A DNA stretch of 64,000 bases, from positions 11,470,001 to 11,534,000 of the forward strand of contig CM022671.1 in the NCBI GenBank assembly GCA_012295275.1. Reading direction: 5' to 3'. Position 1 is the first letter of the stretch; the number at the start of each line of letters is the position of its first letter. Of this stretch, positions 51,566 to 64,000 are shown in pieces. Under the pieces are notes generated by a model that was given only the letters and a program-made list of their open reading frames with translations, was not told where the DNA came from and made no database searches. This stretch comes from Chrysomallon squamiferum (Eukaryota > Animalia > Mollusca). The position numbers and the translations under genes are program-made.

Positions 51566-52487
51566 GTTTGAATACCTAACCCTATCAGATATTGTCTTTC
51601 TGGACACTGTGTTTTTTGAATACTTAAACCCTATCAGATATTGTCTTACTAGACCCTGTGTGTGTGTTGTTTGAATACCTAAACCTATCAGATTCTGTCT
51701 TACTGGACACTGTGTGTATGTGTTGTTCGAATACCTAAACCCTATCATATATTTTCTTATTGGACACTGTGTATGTGTTTTTTGAATACTTAAACCCTAT
51801 CAGATATTGTCTTACTGGACACTGTGTGTATGTATGTGTTGTTTGAATACCTAAACTCTATCAGATTCTGTCTTACTGGACAAGTGTGTGTATGTGTTGT
51901 TGGAATACCTAAACCCTATCATATATTTTCTTATTGGACACTGTGTATGTGTTGTTTGAATACCTAAACGCTATCAGATATTGTCTTACTGGACCCTGTG
52001 TATGTGTTGTTTGAATACCTAAACCTATCAGATATTGTCTTACTGGACACTGTGTGTGTGTTGTTTGAATACCTAAACGCTATCAGATTCTGTCTTACTG
52101 GATCCTGTGTGTGTGTTGTTTGAATACCTAAATGCTATCAGATATTGTCTTACTGGACCCTGTGTATGTGTTGTTTGAATACCTAAACACTATCAGATAT
52201 TGTCTTATTGAACACTGTGTGTGTGTGTGTGTTGTTTGAATACCTAAACCTATCAGATATTGTCGTATTGTGTGTGTGTGTTGTTTGAATGAATACCTAA
52301 ACCCTATCAGATATTGTCTTACTGGACCCTGTGTGTGTGTTGTTTGAATACCTAACCTATCAGATATTGTCTTACTGGATATTGTCTTGTTTGGACACTA
52401 AACGCTATGTGTGTGTGTATATTGTTTGAATACCTAAATGCTATCAGATATTGTCTTATTGGACACTGTGTGTATGTATGTGTTGTG
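51566..52487. repeat. Minisatellite, about 16 units of about 55 bp (GTTTGAATACCTAAACCCTATCAGATATTGTCTTACTGGACAC-(TG)n-TT)
   Basis: Directly visible tandem array. Unit length varies through an internal TG microsatellite. Confidence 0.95.
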
Positions 52488-55400
52488 ATTAAGATAGATA
52501 ATCTTGTCTTTGTTTAACACAAAACCTGGTTATGTATGAAACTGTTTCATTAGATAATTTAGCTATAGATATTTTTATTAATGTACTAATTTCTGTTTGT
52601 ATTTTAGTCTTTTCACCCATGTGATTTCTTTTTTAAATAGCAAATAATATTTTGGGGTGTTGCCAAAAAACCCATCTGGCACACAATGCCCCAGTAGAGG
52701 AGAATGTGTTGTCAAAGAGTTTATTTTTATATACTGTTTTGTACTATTACTCACAGCACAAAATATCTGCATAAACTATATTTGTAACATTGTGTTTTTC
52801 AGTGACACTGCTTTCACATCACACAAGAGTGGTGTGTGTGTAATGACACCAAGTTAAATATAGCACTGATTCTTTTAGTAAAGGAAAATATTATTTTGTT
52901 TACTCATAGGAATCAGGTACAAATACAGGTATTTATTTTAGGATTTTTGTAATCAATTGTGACACTGACTTCATTAAAATGGGTCAGGATGTTAGCTAAT
53001 AATAAATATAACAAATGGCTGTATAATTAAAGAATAGCAGTGCAAACTTTTTATAATTTATTAGGAACTAAAAATAACTAGATAGATTCAAGACAGAATT
53101 AATATTAAGATATTTTATAACTCCTACCTAGCATAAGATTAATGATTTGGATTTTCATGATAAAGTTGATAATCTGTATCATATTAGTCTATATCTGCTT
53201 ATTTGAACCACCACAGTTTGAAATGCAGGGTTCACAGGGTAAAGTATACACAATAGAACAGTTTTCTTCTTTTTCCTGCCCTATTGAACATGATAGTACG
53301 TGAGAAAATATTCACAATCAATGCTTTTTAATAGCTCATTAGACTATTATAACTACTGTAAGATAAGCTCTTTCCTTTCTTTAGGAAGGTACATATAAAA
53401 CATCCCTTTTTGCCAACTGATGGGAGTAACTGATGGGAGTAACCTGTGATCACGTTTTCTTTGTCATGTCTTTGTTAAATAAGAAATGTAAGATTGATAA
53501 AAATCAGAACAGGCTACATGTTGGTATTATCCCTGTAAAATTCTACATACAAAATGTATTTTGATGTTAATTATCTCTGCATTTATATGTTAATTTGAAT
53601 ACAGCAGTTTACCAAGCACATTGTTTAAAGAATAAAAGAAGTATATTTTGATTACAGCTCAAATTTAAATAATATTTGTAAATAAAGAGAAATAATGTAA
53701 CAAATTATTTAACTCTGTATCATTTCAGAATACTGCTATGAAATGGAAAATAGCATTATTTTCGTAATGTGGAGTATAATATTAAATTAAAAAATATTAT
53801 ATAGTCTTATTAAAAATGATATTGCTGTTAAGGGCAACTGTATATTTCAAGCATTTCTTTTCCTTTTCACCTTCACTATCTAATTTTCCTAAATGATTTA
53901 TATACACTGAAACTGGTGTGTTAATTGTAATACTAGGTTAGACATGCACTACTTGCGAACTTCCTTTTTTCAGACTTAACATAAATATTTCACTTTTATG
54001 ATGACGTTTTGTCAAATACCACCACCCTCCTAAGCCTGTTAGATGAATTTTATCATATGTTATTGAAACTCCATTCTTTTTCTGGTGAGATAATTTATTA
54101 ACATGTTTATGTTATTAATGAACCATGTGTACAAACACTGGGAAATGCACTCAATCTGAAAGAAACCCCATGTTTAGAACTACAGCTGAAATGATGATAT
54201 TTAACAATTTTACCATTTAAATAGTCTGTCCTGGACTGTTATAGTTGATGAGTAAAGAAGACATTATCACAGTATAACTGTTAGACATTCAAAAAACAAT
54301 AGCTTTATTACACTGCCAGAAGGCAATGTTTAATACTTCAAGCACTGACTACATGGAAAATAACCAGTCTCTCCACTCAGTGTTTATCTTCACAACAGAA
54401 ATTTACTGCTTGTTACCTCATCTGTGTGAAATGAGTGTGTGAACTAATTTTGAAAAACCCTTCAGTTTTTCAGTATACTTTTCTTTTTTTTTTCTTTTTT
54501 TCAAATTGAACATATATTTTGTAAATAACTTTAATTTTGATAACAGCCTGTAGACAAAATGCCATTAACTCAAAGTAAACACTACACATTTTGTAAATTC
54601 TTTATCAAGCCCCTTGGACACATTGTCACTTTTACCAGTTGAACACTAGTTTGTCATCACATGGAGCTGTTGACTGCAGCTACACAGGGTATGAGCTGGT
54701 AGCAGAGACTGTACAGTGACAATGAGAGGGTCAGGATTCACTTCCGGGTCCAAATTGTCAGTTTGTGCATTACTTGATGAAAAGTCACACACACTTACGT
54801 GAAGCACAGTCTGTTATCTGTAGGTAAAATTCAACTGCCATCCTCTTTGATACAAGTGAAGTCAGCAGCTGCAGAGTGGTGTCCTGGTGGTAAATTTATC
54901 TATCACAAAGGTATTTGATTACTAACACCTGTTGACCTTGATTCTTGAACAAGCGAAGTTACACTCAGTAAATTTACTTTCTGTTGTATTAATAACGTAC
55001 ATTTAATGAGTACATTTACTCTGAGAATGTTTAATGAGAATGTTTAATGATATATATTGCATTGATAATGTAAATAAAAGATTATTGTTAAAAAGTTTTT
55101 TAAATAAATTGTGGACATGGAAACAGAATGTAATGGATAGATAACATCAAATCTAAAAGTAATTTGATATATCTTAGGTTATCTCTTGTTACCTATATCA
55201 TCACAGATATATGTTATTTTAGATATATGAAATAAATATAAATGTATTTAAATTAAGTTTAAAATATATAACTTCTATTTTACTAACTGGATTTATCAAA
55301 AGTAAATTTAAAGCAACTAGTAATTAAATGTATAAAGTTGTGTTAAACAAAATCATTGATTTAAGAAAAGAAAATAACAAAATGGTTTGTTGAAATTTTA

Positions 55401-55592
55401 AGTCCTTTGAGAAAGTTGATGTATACATTAGTACCTACACTGACTTGTTCTGATTTATTCTGCCAATAAACATGATCATATATTACTTTTTCATGATTGT
55501 TGTGACACTGCTAGATTTTATATTTTTTTACTACTTAAGGTAATGTTAGATTGTTGTATTTAAATGACAACAACAACAACAACAACAACAAC

Positions 55593-55661
<69 letters not shown>

Positions 55662-57056
55662 CAATAAAGTTAATATTCTGAAAACAGTATAGTAAAGGTA
55701 TTTCTCAGTAAAAGTAACGAGATATCAATGATTGTTTGAAATAAACTAGTGAAGATGTGTACCACAACTTTAACAAGAGAATGCTTTATCTTTCAATTTA
55801 TTTTCTTTACTACCAACATGTTAAATAGTGAACTTGTCTGTAATGTAAGCAGATCCTGGCTGTGCAGTGTTTATAATCACACACACTCACACACACCGTT
55901 TTTAATTCCATGTAGGTTTTTGTTAACACAACCAGTGTAGTTATTTTCATTTCACATTGGCCATGCTAAGTGTATTTATTCTTACTATGTAATTTGATAT
56001 GTTACTTAGACCAGTCTTTCGTGTTGTTTGGATACAGGTAGCCTAATGTTTATTTCCAGGTAACACTAATGCATTTACACCAATTATGTTTTAGCTTGAT
56101 AGTCAGTATTAACTTAATTCAGCAGTAAGATCAGATTTTTTTCAAATCAAATAATTAACTTGATGTTATGTAAATTAATATAAATACCCCCATTTTAATC
56201 ACTTAATTTTATATTTCATGCATTATTTTAAGAACCAGGCATGCATGTATTATCATAGGTCCCATATTTCATTATATGTTTTTAGATCATCTCTTAAAAC
56301 ACCTGAAATGACTGCGTGAAGTCCTAAATATAAATACAGAACACTAAAGATAACTAAATAACATTTATCATAAAGGTTCATTTTATAAAAACACATAGTA
56401 TTTGAGATATACCCCCAAAAAAAATTCCCATCTCTCATCTAAAATCATTCACAAGCTAATTTCAAATTTGAAAAACAAAATAACACACTGCAGTGAAGTT
56501 TTAAGTTAGATTAGACATTTTTATTGCTTGAATCAAACCACAGACATCACATGTCTTTTAAAATAGTATCATCTTAACAATGAACTGATATAAGCCTAAA
56601 CACCTCTTGAGAGGTTGTTCCGTTTCCTTCAAGAAGTATGTACATCTGATCAAGCAGATGTGTTGTACATACTGGTTTAAAATACACCCTGTGGTTTTTA
56701 AACTGTTGTGTTGCCTTTTATTCTTAATCTCATGAGGTATTTGCATTCACTAATCATGTTGTTCTGTTTAACTTACCTGCAGTCTGTTTGCCAGCTGTAT
56801 ACAAAAATACTGCATTCAAATTTGTTTGTTTGATTGGGGGGTCTTTTCTGCAGTGTAAAATTTGCATGCTAACCTAATAGACTAAAAGTGTTTATAAACA
56901 TTCCACTGCACAACAGAGATGTTCATTGTTGATATTATATGGTGAAAAATAAAAAAAGTCAAAGAAAAATGTGTTCAACATGGCTGGTGTCAAAGCTTGC
57001 AGAGAAATATCTGTGTTTTCAGCAAACATTTGACATAGATTTTTTTATCATTCCAG

Positions 57057-59647
57057 CTCCATCGAAACCCAAGTTTTTAGAGAAGTTGATCACAGGAGTG
57101 GGGCTATCAAGGAAGACAGAGGACAAAGATAATCGAAATGGTGTGACTGGACATAATGGTCAATCTCAGACAGAAGAACAGGGGATACAGACATCTGCAG
57201 ATGATCTTGATTCTACCACGTCTGACGTGTGTCTGTTACACAAAACAGAGAGATTTCAGTTCATAAGCTCAGAAGGATTCTGTCTAAATCATTCTGGATT
57301 TCTTAATTTAGAGGGTGCAGAAGGTTTGAGCACAGAATCTTGTGATTCAGATTTCTTGGACTCTAGAGGTGAGGGTAATTCTTCTGAAGGATCTATTACA
57401 CCAACTAATACCTCCCCATGCCAATGTTCCCCATCATCCTCTCCTAAAAGAACTTGGTCTACACCAGCATCACCATTAATTTCAGGATTTGTGAAACAGC
57501 AGTGTGTTAATTTTCATAAATTGTGTAGTGAGACTCATGACAATTCACTGTTTGCTTCTCAGCAGACAAGGACTAAGCAGCTCCTGGCTCAGTCTGCTCC
57601 ACCTTCACCTTGTACCGAGAGTAAATCTTTTTACAGCTATCATTCTCAAAGACATCACTTTGACAAGTGTAACAGAGTACTGAAAGCATATTACAGCATT
57701 TCAAGGGATGAAAGATTTGCCAAATCAGTCATGTCAAAGGGATATGTTAAAGCATTAGTAGAGCGAATAGATCACTCTAAACTAAAGAAAGAGGATGAAA
57801 ATGCAGAAGATTTGCCTTCTGTTTCAACAAAAGATGGTCCATACACTGAGACAGGAGACATTCAGACAAAAAACATTTCAAAAGCATCGCCATCATCAAA
57901 ATCACGTAGACCTAAACCAGAAATTGATCGATCAAAAAAACCAAATTTATCAGTTAAATCAAAATCAGAAAGCAGCAGTTCAAATAATAAAACAACAAAC
58001 TCAGCTGTTCAGGATGCTTCAAAGTCATTGTCCACAGTACAGAAGAATGTGAAGGAAAGTTCTAAGTTAGATAATCTGGAAATAAACCATACGGAGGAGA
58101 CTGGGAGCAGAGACTCTGGATTTAACACTGGGGCTCCTCCACTCAGCCCTGCAGAGCTGTTTGATTCCAGCTGGTCTGAGTCAGACGATGCAAGTTTTGA
58201 TGATTTCAGTGACTCGGATATTGAAGAGGAATACCAGATTGCTGTCAGTCAGAAGGTAAGTTTGAATAAAACACATAATCTTCTCATAACTTCTTTCTCT
58301 AATGTTTTGTTGAGCTAAGGATTTTAACTGCTTTATATGAGGGAATTACAGAATGAATGAATGTTTAACAACTATATGTTCTAGATTTATTAGCAGTTAT
58401 TAGGAAAATGGGAAAATGTTTTGTTGTCAAAACTGAAAGTTGTGATTAATGACATTAAATTTTTCCTCAGTATTTAAAAAAAAAAAAATTATAATAATAA
58501 AAAAAGTAAACATATGGTATGATATTTAACAAAATTAAATGTTAAAAAACCCAGCTATTATATAGTTACAGATACTTTTAAAACAATGTTTATAAAATAG
58601 TGAAGTAATTCTCTTACTAATTTGTTTTTCATGACTTTAAGGTTTTAGGCAGTATATCTTAATTTCTAAAATATCAAAATTTATTTATATATTATTTACA
58701 AAATATTCACATACAACAAAGTGTGATCAAATACTAACAACTAAATTTGTTACATCATTTACTCCAAATATTATCTATCTGAGACTGGCATTCTGAAAGA
58801 AGAATTCTGTTGTGAAGATCAATATGTTCAGATCAATAATGTGCCACGAAGTTGATGAATAAAATGTGTTCCTATTCTGATGTTAATTGCAAAATAACCT
58901 GAACCATGGCCTGTTTGAGAGAAACTGATTGAATGCTGGCACCAGGTTAATTCAGCCCTGAATCACTGTTTCTTCAATGATGTTGCTAGAGCAAGAGTGT
59001 GAATCTACTTATAGGTTTATATTTCAAAGATTAATTATATGTTAAAGACCCAAAACTTACTTTGTCAGTCTATCGTAATCAGTTTGGTTAATAACTGAAC
59101 AGTGCTATTGTATTTAGTGAGAAATAATAACTAGTAATAAATTGTTGAAAGCATTTCTAACAGAAAATAAATGATGTTTTGTGATAACCTAATAAACATT
59201 AAGTCTTTAAGGTATTTTACCTCAGTGATGTTTTAAAATATGTAGTGGTTTCTTTTATCCTATAAGCTCATTATCAGACATGGACATTAAACATGGGCTG
59301 TGAGAATGACATGTTAAGAGACAGGAACTGAGTTATATTGCAGGTGTGGCGTTTATACAGTCCACGCAGAGGTCAGAACCTCAACCTATCATTCACTAAC
59401 TTGATATCTTACATCATTCCTCATTTTCACAAAATAACTTGGATTTGAGCTCTAACTTAATCACAGAGTGCTTACTTAAAGGACTAATTATAGAGTGCTT
59501 TCATAAATATGTTTCAGTTGCTGATCTCCCTTGTTTGATGCACCTGTAAGTCTATACCAAAGAACATGATGTCAGCTTTCATTAGAAAAGTAAAGTCTAT
59601 AAACAAGATCCCTTGTTAATAACTGAATGTATGTGTTTGTGTGTGCG

Positions 59648-59711
<64 letters not shown>

Positions 59712-62700
59712 CACATATATATTATATATATATATATATATATTTATATGTATATATGTATGTATGTTTGTATGAATCCATGTGTGTGTATATGTAGAAA
59801 GGTAGGTGTTAAGAGGATTCAAATACAATTTCAGTAAGATGCTAAAGTAGCCTATATACTGTTGGCATTAAGTTTCTGTTCTCATATTATCATTATCAAA
59901 ATTCCAGTCCTGATACTGCCATTATAAATATATGTTGAAATGTCATTAAACATTTCTTTCAGTAATAAATTTATAAGAACTTAAAATAACATGCTAAACA
60001 GTTTTCTTCTTTGGAATATTTTTCTTCTGTGTCTTGTCAGTTTATAAATTATTGTTAGAGGCAGATTGTAGCTTAGTGGTTGAACTGTGATAGCTGACAA
60101 CATTAAGTCTACTGGTAGACAAAACAGTTTTAAACAACCAGTTTGTCAAAGTCAGGGTATGTGTTCAAGGAAAAGAATCAAATAAAAATCATTTACTGCT
60201 AATTGGTAAGAGTAACCCTAGGTTTGGTTTCCTCCCACTTATTATACCATACCATACTTGACACTTAATAAACAATAATGATACAGTTAGTTAGAACATC
60301 AGAATGCAAGTGGTAATCATTTTAGTTGGCAAAAAGGATGTAACTGGAAAATACAAAGGTTTTGTTTAGAGAAAGTTAAAATATAATCAGTATCCATGGA
60401 GTGCAAAATCATGTTTACTATTAAAGCATCTAAATAATATATATTGAATATGATGTTTTTATTTAAAAAATTTATCATTGCCTTTATAAAATAAGACCAA
60501 TGACAGACGTTTTTCCTGCTCTGTTTTTTAAAATACCATTTGTAAATGAAACTGGTTTCTGTAAGGAAACTTGCTTCAAAACTGTAATAGTTTTTCTCTT
60601 TTCTAACAGAAGAAAGGAATGTTCTTTTGTAACATTTTCAGATGGAAGTGAATAAAATAACATCAACAAAAAGAATGAGGAAACTGTTTTCTTCACTCAC
60701 ATCCTGTTATTTTTATTATAAGTTTTCTAAATTGTTTTTCTAGAACTGTCAATTCAGACTTAATAAAAAGAAAATTTGTTACTAGAAATAGGATGTAGTT
60801 CAGTTATTAGAGTATTGGCCTGAGGCAGTCTAGAACACAGGATCAGTTATCATTAGTATACCCTTTGGGCTGTTTCACATTCTAACCAGTGACCCATGAC
60901 ATCAAACATAAATAATACGTTTTCCTTTCTGGAGTAGGGTGTTAATAAACTAGTGCAGCCTGTGTTTTTATTTCATTTTATTTTATTATTCTGTTTCTTT
61001 CCCTCTCAATTTTTAATTACCATTGTTACTGATTCCTACTTGTTATAAGCATTAATAAATATTACATGTTATTAAAGTTTTTTTTTTTTCCAACTGATGC
61101 TGTAACTCTAAAAATTGTTATTATTCTGTACATATAATATTACATTTGTCAAAAAAACAAAAACAAATAAACCCTGACAATTTAGTAAGTTTTAAATGAC
61201 ATGATAAGTAAAGTAGCAATAAGATAAACTGACCATGAGAGGCCTCATTGTTTATTACCATATTTATTCTAATAAAGGTTAGTCTCCATGTTTACAAGTG
61301 AAAACATTTACTTGAAAGTGTAGAAAAATGTATTTAGGCTTTTTATATGTACCACTACAAATACACATGATTAAAGAATAAAATATATAATAAAAAAAAT
61401 TACCTGGAATATTCAGAAAAATAGTTTGCACAAAACAGATAAACAGAAATAACAGAGGAAGTATACAAAAGTATTTGGGTCATTTATTTATATAGGTATA
61501 CTTTAAAGAAGTGGGGAGGTCTTAACATATCTAGTGTTGTAATCATTCAATTAAACAACAGGTTAATGATCTGTAATACTTTCCTGATTCTGCTTGATTA
61601 CAGTGATAATATGTTCTCAGCATATACACATGATATATTGATTATCAATGGTGGGTGTACTCGGATGTTTTTATCAGTCAATTTATTTATTACACTGAAT
61701 GTTGTTTGGGAATCCTACAATGAGGAATATTCAGGCATTTTACCTTGTTTCAGAAAAAGAATAGCAGATATGGTTTTGTTTTCTGTTTTGTGTGGATAAT
61801 GTGCAGGAATTTTATATATCTGTTTGCAGATTTGTAAAACATACCTATGGATAAGTATGGATGTATGTATACCTATTTGTGTGTGTGTGTGTGTGTATGT
61901 ATGTGAATGTGTGTGAGAGAAAGAGAGAGATGGTAAGTCCATATATGTGACCGTAATTGTACATATACAGTTGACATTTTTTTTGATTGAGACAACTACA
62001 GGCTGCTTGTTGTGAGTTTACTTTTCGTGGTCATTCTGGAGATCACACCGTTTAATTTGTAACAGACTTGATTAGCAGTGTTTGGGTTCAGAATGTTGAG
62101 AGGTAGGCCATTTTATGATGGATTAATTCAGTTTCTCTTAGAAAAGCAATTTCATCTTGGAACCTAATCAATGGGAAAATACTGTACATAAACTGAATAA
62201 CAATCACACACACAAATATAATTAATTTAAAATACTGATTTTCTTTATGTCAGACTCTACAGTTGGTCTTCTTTTGGATTCCTTCAGTTTATTATTTCCT
62301 AATTTATGAGAGATTTCAGTGACAAATATTTTGATTTGTAATATTAAAATCACTAATTCATGGATAAACTGAAAACTATGGATTTTTGGAATGTATGTAT
62401 GTTTAGTCTGATTTTTGTTAATACAGTGACTGTGTTGTATGAGTGTTACGTTACTAAGTTATGTAACTAAAAGTGTATTTATATACATATATTCAACTTT
62501 TGTAATTATTTTGTGTTTGTCTGTTTGTGATTTATTCTTTTTTAAATTTAGTTATATATGTCATTAATAATGTAATGATTTATTTTGTTTTACTGGGTTA
62601 AGCTTGAAATAGTTTGTGACAGCACTTTTTTGAAAATGCTGATATATATAAATATGTCCACTACTGTTAGCTATAGATTTAAATGTACTTACAGAGAATT

Positions 62701-63220
62701 ATAATGAATGTAGTTTTGTAGGATATTTATCATGACTGACTAATATATGTCTCTCATATTCATTTGGTGATTACAGTTTGCAATTAAGATGAAATAATAT
62801 GTTAAGTTCTTTTTTTATTTCTTTCATTGATAAACAGTTTATTTTATAATGTTATTTTTCATGATATTTCTGAAATTTTATTGGAATTTTAGTTTGAGAA
62901 TTAATGGGATATATTTTGAGTTTCAATATACTTATTAAAATTACAAATTTTAGTTTCAATATGCTTATAAAAAATACAAATGTTAGGATTAATATTCTCT
63001 TAAAAATTACAAAATGTCAGTTTTAGAATGTGTATAGATGTGTCAAGTTCAGTTCACATTTATTGTATAATTTTTTCAGGAGTTGGAAGAAACAGCAGCA
63101 GATGAAGCAGCAGCAGCAGATGTGGAGGAGAACAAGCCTCAAGACAAGCTGTACAGAGTTGCAGAAGAGCTGTGTAAGACTGAGAAAGATTATGTAACTC
63201 GTCTGCATCTTCTTCACCAG
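57057..63220 (+). CDS. FYVE, RhoGEF and PH domain-containing protein (FGD1-4/frabin-like), partial: large disordered exon and first DH-domain exon
   Basis: Exon 57057-58255 (phase 1 to 0, Ser/Pro-rich, about 400 aa) joins exon 63080-63220, which ends KLYRVAEELCKTEKDYVTRLHLLHQ. This is the typical first helix of an FGD-family DH domain. The gene continues beyond the window, so PH and FYVE domains are not visible. Confidence 0.8.
60060..60290 (+). mobile_element. Degenerate tRNA-derived SINE copy
   Basis: A-box-like tgtagcttagtggtt, followed by tactgctaattggtaagagtaacc..ggtttcctc, a core shared with 880-920. Confidence 0.4.
60790..60905 (+). mobile_element. Degenerate tRNA-derived SINE 5' part
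   Basis: ggatgtagttcagttattagagt head, then ttgggctgtttcacattctaaccagtg, matching cacattccagccagtg at about 806-821. Confidence 0.4.
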
Positions 63221-64000
63221 GTGAGATACACACGCAGGTGTTTCCTAACACACCCCACGTTTTAAGCATTTTGGAACAAGTAGTGTTAAGTGAAGAGGAT
63301 TTTTTCAGTTATTAAATGTAAACTTAATAAAAAATTATCTGTAGAATATATATAATTTTATCTTTTGTTGACAGTCTTCTTTTTGTCTGATGTTGTTAGT
63401 TTTTTTTGGGGGGGTGTTTTATTATTGTTTTTATTGTCATTGTCATTACTAACATCACAGTCCCTATCAGGTTAATACTTAATAATTTCAAAATCAGACA
63501 TACGGATTAGTCTATTTTCAAAGCTTTAAAATATTTTTATAATAGCAACTTGTCTGTGGAATGTCTAAATTGTTCTTTCTATTCAAATAAGCAATGTCAT
63601 AAAGTGGTATATCTCAGAATTATGATCCAGTTACGCATAAATATTATTAATGATTTTGTTTTAAATGTGGCAAAGACTTAAATATGAAAGAAAAGATCAG
63701 TATGTTCAGCAGACCCATTGTTTTACAGAATGGACATGCTACAGATGTGATGGTCCACAGTAACATTTCAATCATGATCATTGTTAAACTTGCTTGTTCC
63801 AACTGTCACAAGTATCAGTCATTAAATGTTCTGAAAACTGGTTTTAAAAGGTCTTAAAATTATCTTAAATATGATTTTATGAGAGGAGTCAGAATCACAG
63901 CATTATTATATTTATGATCATCATTGTCATCATCATCATCATCATTATTTATTTAGTTATTTAGTTAAGATAAAATAAGTTTAGACATACATAATTACCA

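Noticed and set aside
51566-52487. CRISPR-like array
   Set aside because: Eukaryotic intron, spacers are TG microsatellite rather than unique sequence, and there are no cas genes.
56939-57056. ORF-track start MVKNKK for the 459-aa ORF
   Set aside because: More plausibly intronic read-through upstream of the acceptor at 57056. Use as a retained first exon cannot be excluded.
60067-60130. Possible tRNA gene (A-box-like start)
   Set aside because: No cloverleaf or intact B-box. Better explained as a SINE head.

Overview
Very AT-rich, microsatellite-rich, intron-containing animal genomic DNA. A gastropod or other mollusc is my inference from the repeat types and is not proven. I reconstructed the exons by hand from splice sites and reading frames. 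The window holds: (1) two tandem minus-strand NAPE-PLD-like metallo-beta-lactamase-fold hydrolase genes, where copy B (8171-12438) is intact and copy A (2686-6161) carries +1 insertions that are either pseudogenising or assembly errors; (2) a complete 14-exon RFT1 on the minus strand; (3) head-to-head with it, an intron-rich NSMCE3/MAGE gene on the plus strand; (4) the 5' part of a large FGD-type RhoGEF gene on the plus strand with several candidate alternative first exons, running off the window end; (5) minisatellites, a foldback/MITE-like element and SINE remnants. The most intriguing signal is in the NAPE-PLD-like pair. Both copies keep a triple-GAAA IRF/ISRE-type element at the same distance from the first splice donor. 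They share a nearly identical 1.07 kb catalytic core but have unrelated N-terminal exons (amphipathic helix versus a 4x22-aa charged repeat). This suggests, as a hypothesis only, an immune-inducible, differentially targeted hydrolase pair. All comparisons to human proteins and repeat consensuses are from memory, not database searches.
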